DNA of 64,000 nt, taken from Desulfobacterales bacterium. GTDB taxonomy: Bacteria > Desulfobacterota > Desulfobacteria > Desulfobacterales > UBA2174. Where the stretch lies: NCBI GenBank assembly GCA_963668645.2, contig CAXXWC010000001.1, positions 526,090 through 590,089 on the forward strand, read 5' to 3'. Positions 61,153 to 64,000 of this stretch are shown here, in pieces. The notes below the pieces were generated by a model that was not told where the DNA came from, searched no databases, and saw only the letters and a list, made by a program, of their open reading frames with translations. The position numbers were made by a program, and so were the translations under genes. Numbering within the stretch: position 1 is the stretch's first letter; each line of letters begins with the position of its first letter.

Positions 61153-63513
61153 TCAGATACTTTCATGGGCCGTGCGGTTAATGATTTCCATCTGGTGATA
61201 CTGGTCAAGATCGACAAAATAGTCGCTGTAGCCGGCAACCCTCACCAGAAGGTCCCGGTAATCATCCGGGTGCTGCTGGGCATTTTTCAACGTAGCGGTA
61301 TCAACAACATTGAATTGGACGTGATGCCCGCCGAGTTTGAAATAGCTTCGAACAAGAAGGGCCAGCTTGTCCAGGTCCTCTTCACTTTTCAGCACCTGGG
61401 GAAGGAACCGCTGGTTTAAAAGTGTTCCGCCTGACTTGGACTGGTCCATTTTTCCAAGCGATTTGATGACCGCGGTAGGTCCTTTCCTGTCCGCACCATG
61501 GGATGGCGATGTCCCGTCGGACATGGGCATTCCTGCCAACCTTCCGTTTGCGGAGGCCCCCAGCATCTTGCCGAAATAGACATGACAGGTGGTCGACAGC
61601 ATGTTCAGATGATATCTTCCGCCCTTGGTATTGGGATACCCTTCAATGGCATTGTAAAGGGATGCATATATCGCCTTCATGATGTTATCGGCAAAATCAT
61701 CGTCATTTCCGAAAAATGGAGTCTTGTTCCAAAGGCGCATCCTCAAGGGTTCGCAGCCCTCGAAGTTCTTTACCAGCGCATTGAGCAGGTCGTCCATCGA
61801 AACGGACTTATTTTCAAAAACATGCTTTTTAATGGCGGAAAAACTATCGGTTACCGTTCCGATTCCACAGCATTGAATATAGTTGGTGTTATAGCGTGGA
61901 CCTGAATTGTAGTAATCTTTGCCCTTTTGGATGCAGTCGCGGATCACTACGGACAGAAAAGGCGCCGGCACGTTTTCGGCGAACATTCTTTCAATATAGT
62001 TGTTAACCCTTATCTTCAGCCCAACCACATGCTGCAATTGTCTTAAAAATGCCTCAAAGAGCTGTTCATAAGTCGAAAAATTCCTGGGATCGCCGGTCTC
62101 TATGCTGATTTTCTTTCCGGTCATCGGATCCGTGCCGTTGTTCAAAGCAAGCTCCAGCAGTTTTGGCACGTTGAGATAACCGGTCAAGATATAGGCTTCT
62201 TTTCCGAATGCGCCCGTCTCTATACATCCGGAGCATCCGCCTTCCCTGGCATCCTCAATGGTCTTGCCGGCACGGACCTGTTCCAGGACGACCCCATCCG
62301 CATTAAACAGTGACGGATATCCATAACCTTTCCGGATAACCCTGCAGGCCGCCTTCAACATTCTATGCGGCGTTTTTTCACTGACCTGGAGATTGCACTG
62401 GGGCTGCAGCAGCTTCAGTTCATCAAGCACCTCCAGAATGATATAGGAGATCTCGTTGGACCCCTCGTCTCCGTCCCGGGTCAGGCCGCCCAAGTTGATA
62501 TTTGTAAAATCGTTATACGTCCCGCTTTCTTTTGCCGTAACGCCGACTTTCGGGGGGGCGGGCTGGTTATTGAATTTTATCCACAGGCAACTGATCAGTT
62601 CCTTGGCGGTTTCACGATCCACGATACCCGATGAAAGATCTCTTTCATAAAAGGGATAAAGATGCTGATCCAGATGTCCCGGATTCATGGCATCCCAACC
62701 GTTCAACTCGGTGATTGTTCCCAGGTGGACAAACCAGTACATTTGAATGGCCTCCCACATGGTTTGGGGCGCATGGGCCGGAATCCTGTCGCACACATAA
62801 GCGATTTTTTCGAGATCTTCTTTTCTCCGGGAGTCTGTCTCGGCATCCGCCATTTCCTTCGCCAGCCGGGAATGCCTTTGGGCAAAGAGGATCACGGCAT
62901 CACAGGAAATGTCCATCGCCTTCAGTTCTTCGGCCTTTTCCAATGCCTGAGGGTCATGGATAAAATCAAGCCCGTCGAGCCTGGCTTTAATCTCTTCTTT
63001 AAAGTCCAGCATCCCTTTCTGGTATATGATACCGTCAAGGGTCGTATGGCCCGGTGCCCTTTGTTCCATGAATTCGGTGAAAAGACCGGCCTGGTAAGCA
63101 TCTTTCCATTCTTGAGGGACGTGTTCGAATACCCGGTCCCGTATGGTTCGTCCTTTCCAGTAGGGGATCACTTCTTCCCGGTAGACACGGATGTCTTCAG
63201 GCACAATCTTAAAAGATGTCATGGGACGGCTGTTCAGTGTTTCCAAGTCCTGGACGGAGTGGCAGGTCAGTTCCGGAAAAGTGGAAGTGGCCTTCGGGAA
63301 GGGACCGCGCTCGCCGACAATCAGTTCTTCTTTGCCGATATAGATTTTTTTTCTTTTGCATAAGTTCTTGAAATTCAACGCCCGCAACACCGGGATGGAA
63401 CATTTGCCCAGGTTTTCACGGTAAAATTCAGTGGTTAAAACGGCCCTTTCAACCGAAATTGAAGGAACAGCCTTGAATGATTTTTCTCTCAACACTTGTA
63501 TTCTCTTATTCAT
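61153..63513 (-). CDS. hypD: Glycyl radical enzyme, trans-4-hydroxy-L-proline dehydratase
   Basis: RVAGYS glycyl loop, SGCIE Cys loop, and HypD-type QRAPGHT, NGWDA, TYNDF, ILTGY, LSTTCH motifs. Confidence 0.85.
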   Translation of the reverse strand: MNKRIQVLREKSFKAVPSISVERAVLTTEFYRENLGKCSIPVLRALNFKNLCKRKKIYIGKEELIVGERGPFPKATSTFPELTCHSVQDLETLNSRPMTSFKIVPEDIRVYREEVIPYWKGRTIRDRVFEHVPQEWKDAYQAGLFTEFMEQRAPGHTTLDGIIYQKGMLDFKEEIKARLDGLDFIHDPQALEKAEELKAMDISCDAVILFAQRHSRLAKEMADAETDSRRKEDLEKIAYVCDRIPAHAPQTMWEAIQMYWFVHLGTITELNGWDAMNPGHLDQHLYPFYERDLSSGIVDRETAKELISCLWIKFNNQPAPPKVGVTAKESGTYNDFTNINLGGLTRDGDEGSNEISYIILEVLDELKLLQPQCNLQVSEKTPHRMLKAACRVIRKGYGYPSLFNADGVVLEQVRAGKTIEDAREGGCSGCIETGAFGKEAYILTGYLNVPKLLELALNNGTDPMTGKKISIETGDPRNFSTYEQLFEAFLRQLQHVVGLKIRVNNYIERMFAENVPAPFLSVVIRDCIQKGKDYYNSGPRYNTNYIQCCGIGTVTDSFSAIKKHVFENKSVSMDDLLNALVKNFEGCEPLRMRLWNKTPFFGNDDDFADNIMKAIYASLYNAIEGYPNTKGGRYHLNMLSTTCHVYFGKMLGASANGRLAGMPMSDGTSPSHGADRKGPTAVIKSLGKMDQSKSGGTLLNQRFLPQVLKSEEDLDKLALLVRSYFKLGGHHVQFNVVDTATLKNAQQHPDDYRDLLVRVAGYSDYFVDLDQYHQMEIINRTAHESI

Positions 63514-63514
63514 T

Positions 63515-64000
63515 TCACTGTTTCCTTTCACAATCCCTTTTAATACCAAAACAAAAAGGATCTGACGGATCTATAATCAGGGTGCTTTCTCCAATGATGT
63601 ATGCAGATCCTTTAATACTGGGAAAAAGCCTGCCTTCCTTTTTTTTCAGACTGCCTTCAAAGATACTTCCTAAAATGCTCTCCTGGCGCCATTTCTGGCC
63701 AAGGGGTAAAAGGCCTCTCTCATACAGGCAGGCCATTTTGGCACTGGTTCCGGTACCGCACGGCGAACGGTCATAGGCATTCCCGGGACATAGGACAAAA
63801 TTGCGACTGTCTGCCGCATCTGTACCAGGCGGCCCGAAAAGCTCTATATGATCTATAAGTTGCCCGTCATCTCCAACTACGTTATTTTCGATCAGGGCTT
63901 TGCGGATTTTTGTGGCACAATCCGTAAGCTGGGCAATATTTTCCAAAGCTACTTTCAGGCCATGGTGCTCAACCAGAAAGAACCAGTTTCCTCCCCAGGC
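63515..64000 (-). CDS. 4-hydroxyproline epimerase/proline racemase family, 5' end outside the window
   Basis: AWGGNWFFLV at the window edge, DHIEL, NFVLCPG..YDRSPCGTGTSAK, DPF..G. Confidence 0.88.
   Translation of the reverse strand, partial: AWGGNWFFLVEHHGLKVALENIAQLTDCATKIRKALIENNVVGDDGQLIDHIELFGPPGTDAADSRNFVLCPGNAYDRSPCGTGTSAKMACLYERGLLPLGQKWRQESILGSIFEGSLKKKEGRLFPSIKGSAYIIGESTLIIDPSDPFCFGIKRDCERKQ

Overview
GC-rich bacterial chromosomal window, most consistent with a sulfate-reducing Desulfobacterota (deltaproteobacterial) genome; this is inferred from a tetraheme cytochrome c3, an EF-G with the [11 protein letters not shown] motif and several anaerobic enzymes. I saw no rRNA, tRNA or CRISPR array. 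In order: rsmG; an acetyl-CoA hydrolase/transferase-GNAT fusion; a stand-alone fusA with a P-loop ATPase partner; a c3-nth-xth-NYN-hexokinase-MaoC run; an SPFH/zinc-ribbon cluster with sbcB and patB; a nitrogen block (KaiC-like/XRE/cupin regulator, gdhA, glutamate-synthase FMN subunit with an ANTAR dual-hairpin attenuator, GAF-ANTAR protein); a surface-glycan cluster with an AT-richer core containing a truncated group II intron; a type I secretion operon with two ABC subunits; small regulators, a Pif1-HRDC helicase and a DDAH; an ECF sigma/CBM48 anti-sigma locus; NifU-like scaffold and yeast-type chorismate mutase; a glycerate kinase-FadR-TRAP-corrinoid methyltransferase cluster with five local frameshifts; and an AT-richer hydroxyproline epimerase-HypD block running off the right edge. 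The best candidates for an undescribed system are (1) the ECF locus, where three copies of GTAAC(C/T)-N15-CGTT sit in front of the sigma operon and two exported Gly-rich proteins, and (2) the TRAP-corrinoid demethylation cluster linked to glycerate kinase. All family assignments come from motif recognition by eye; no searches were run.
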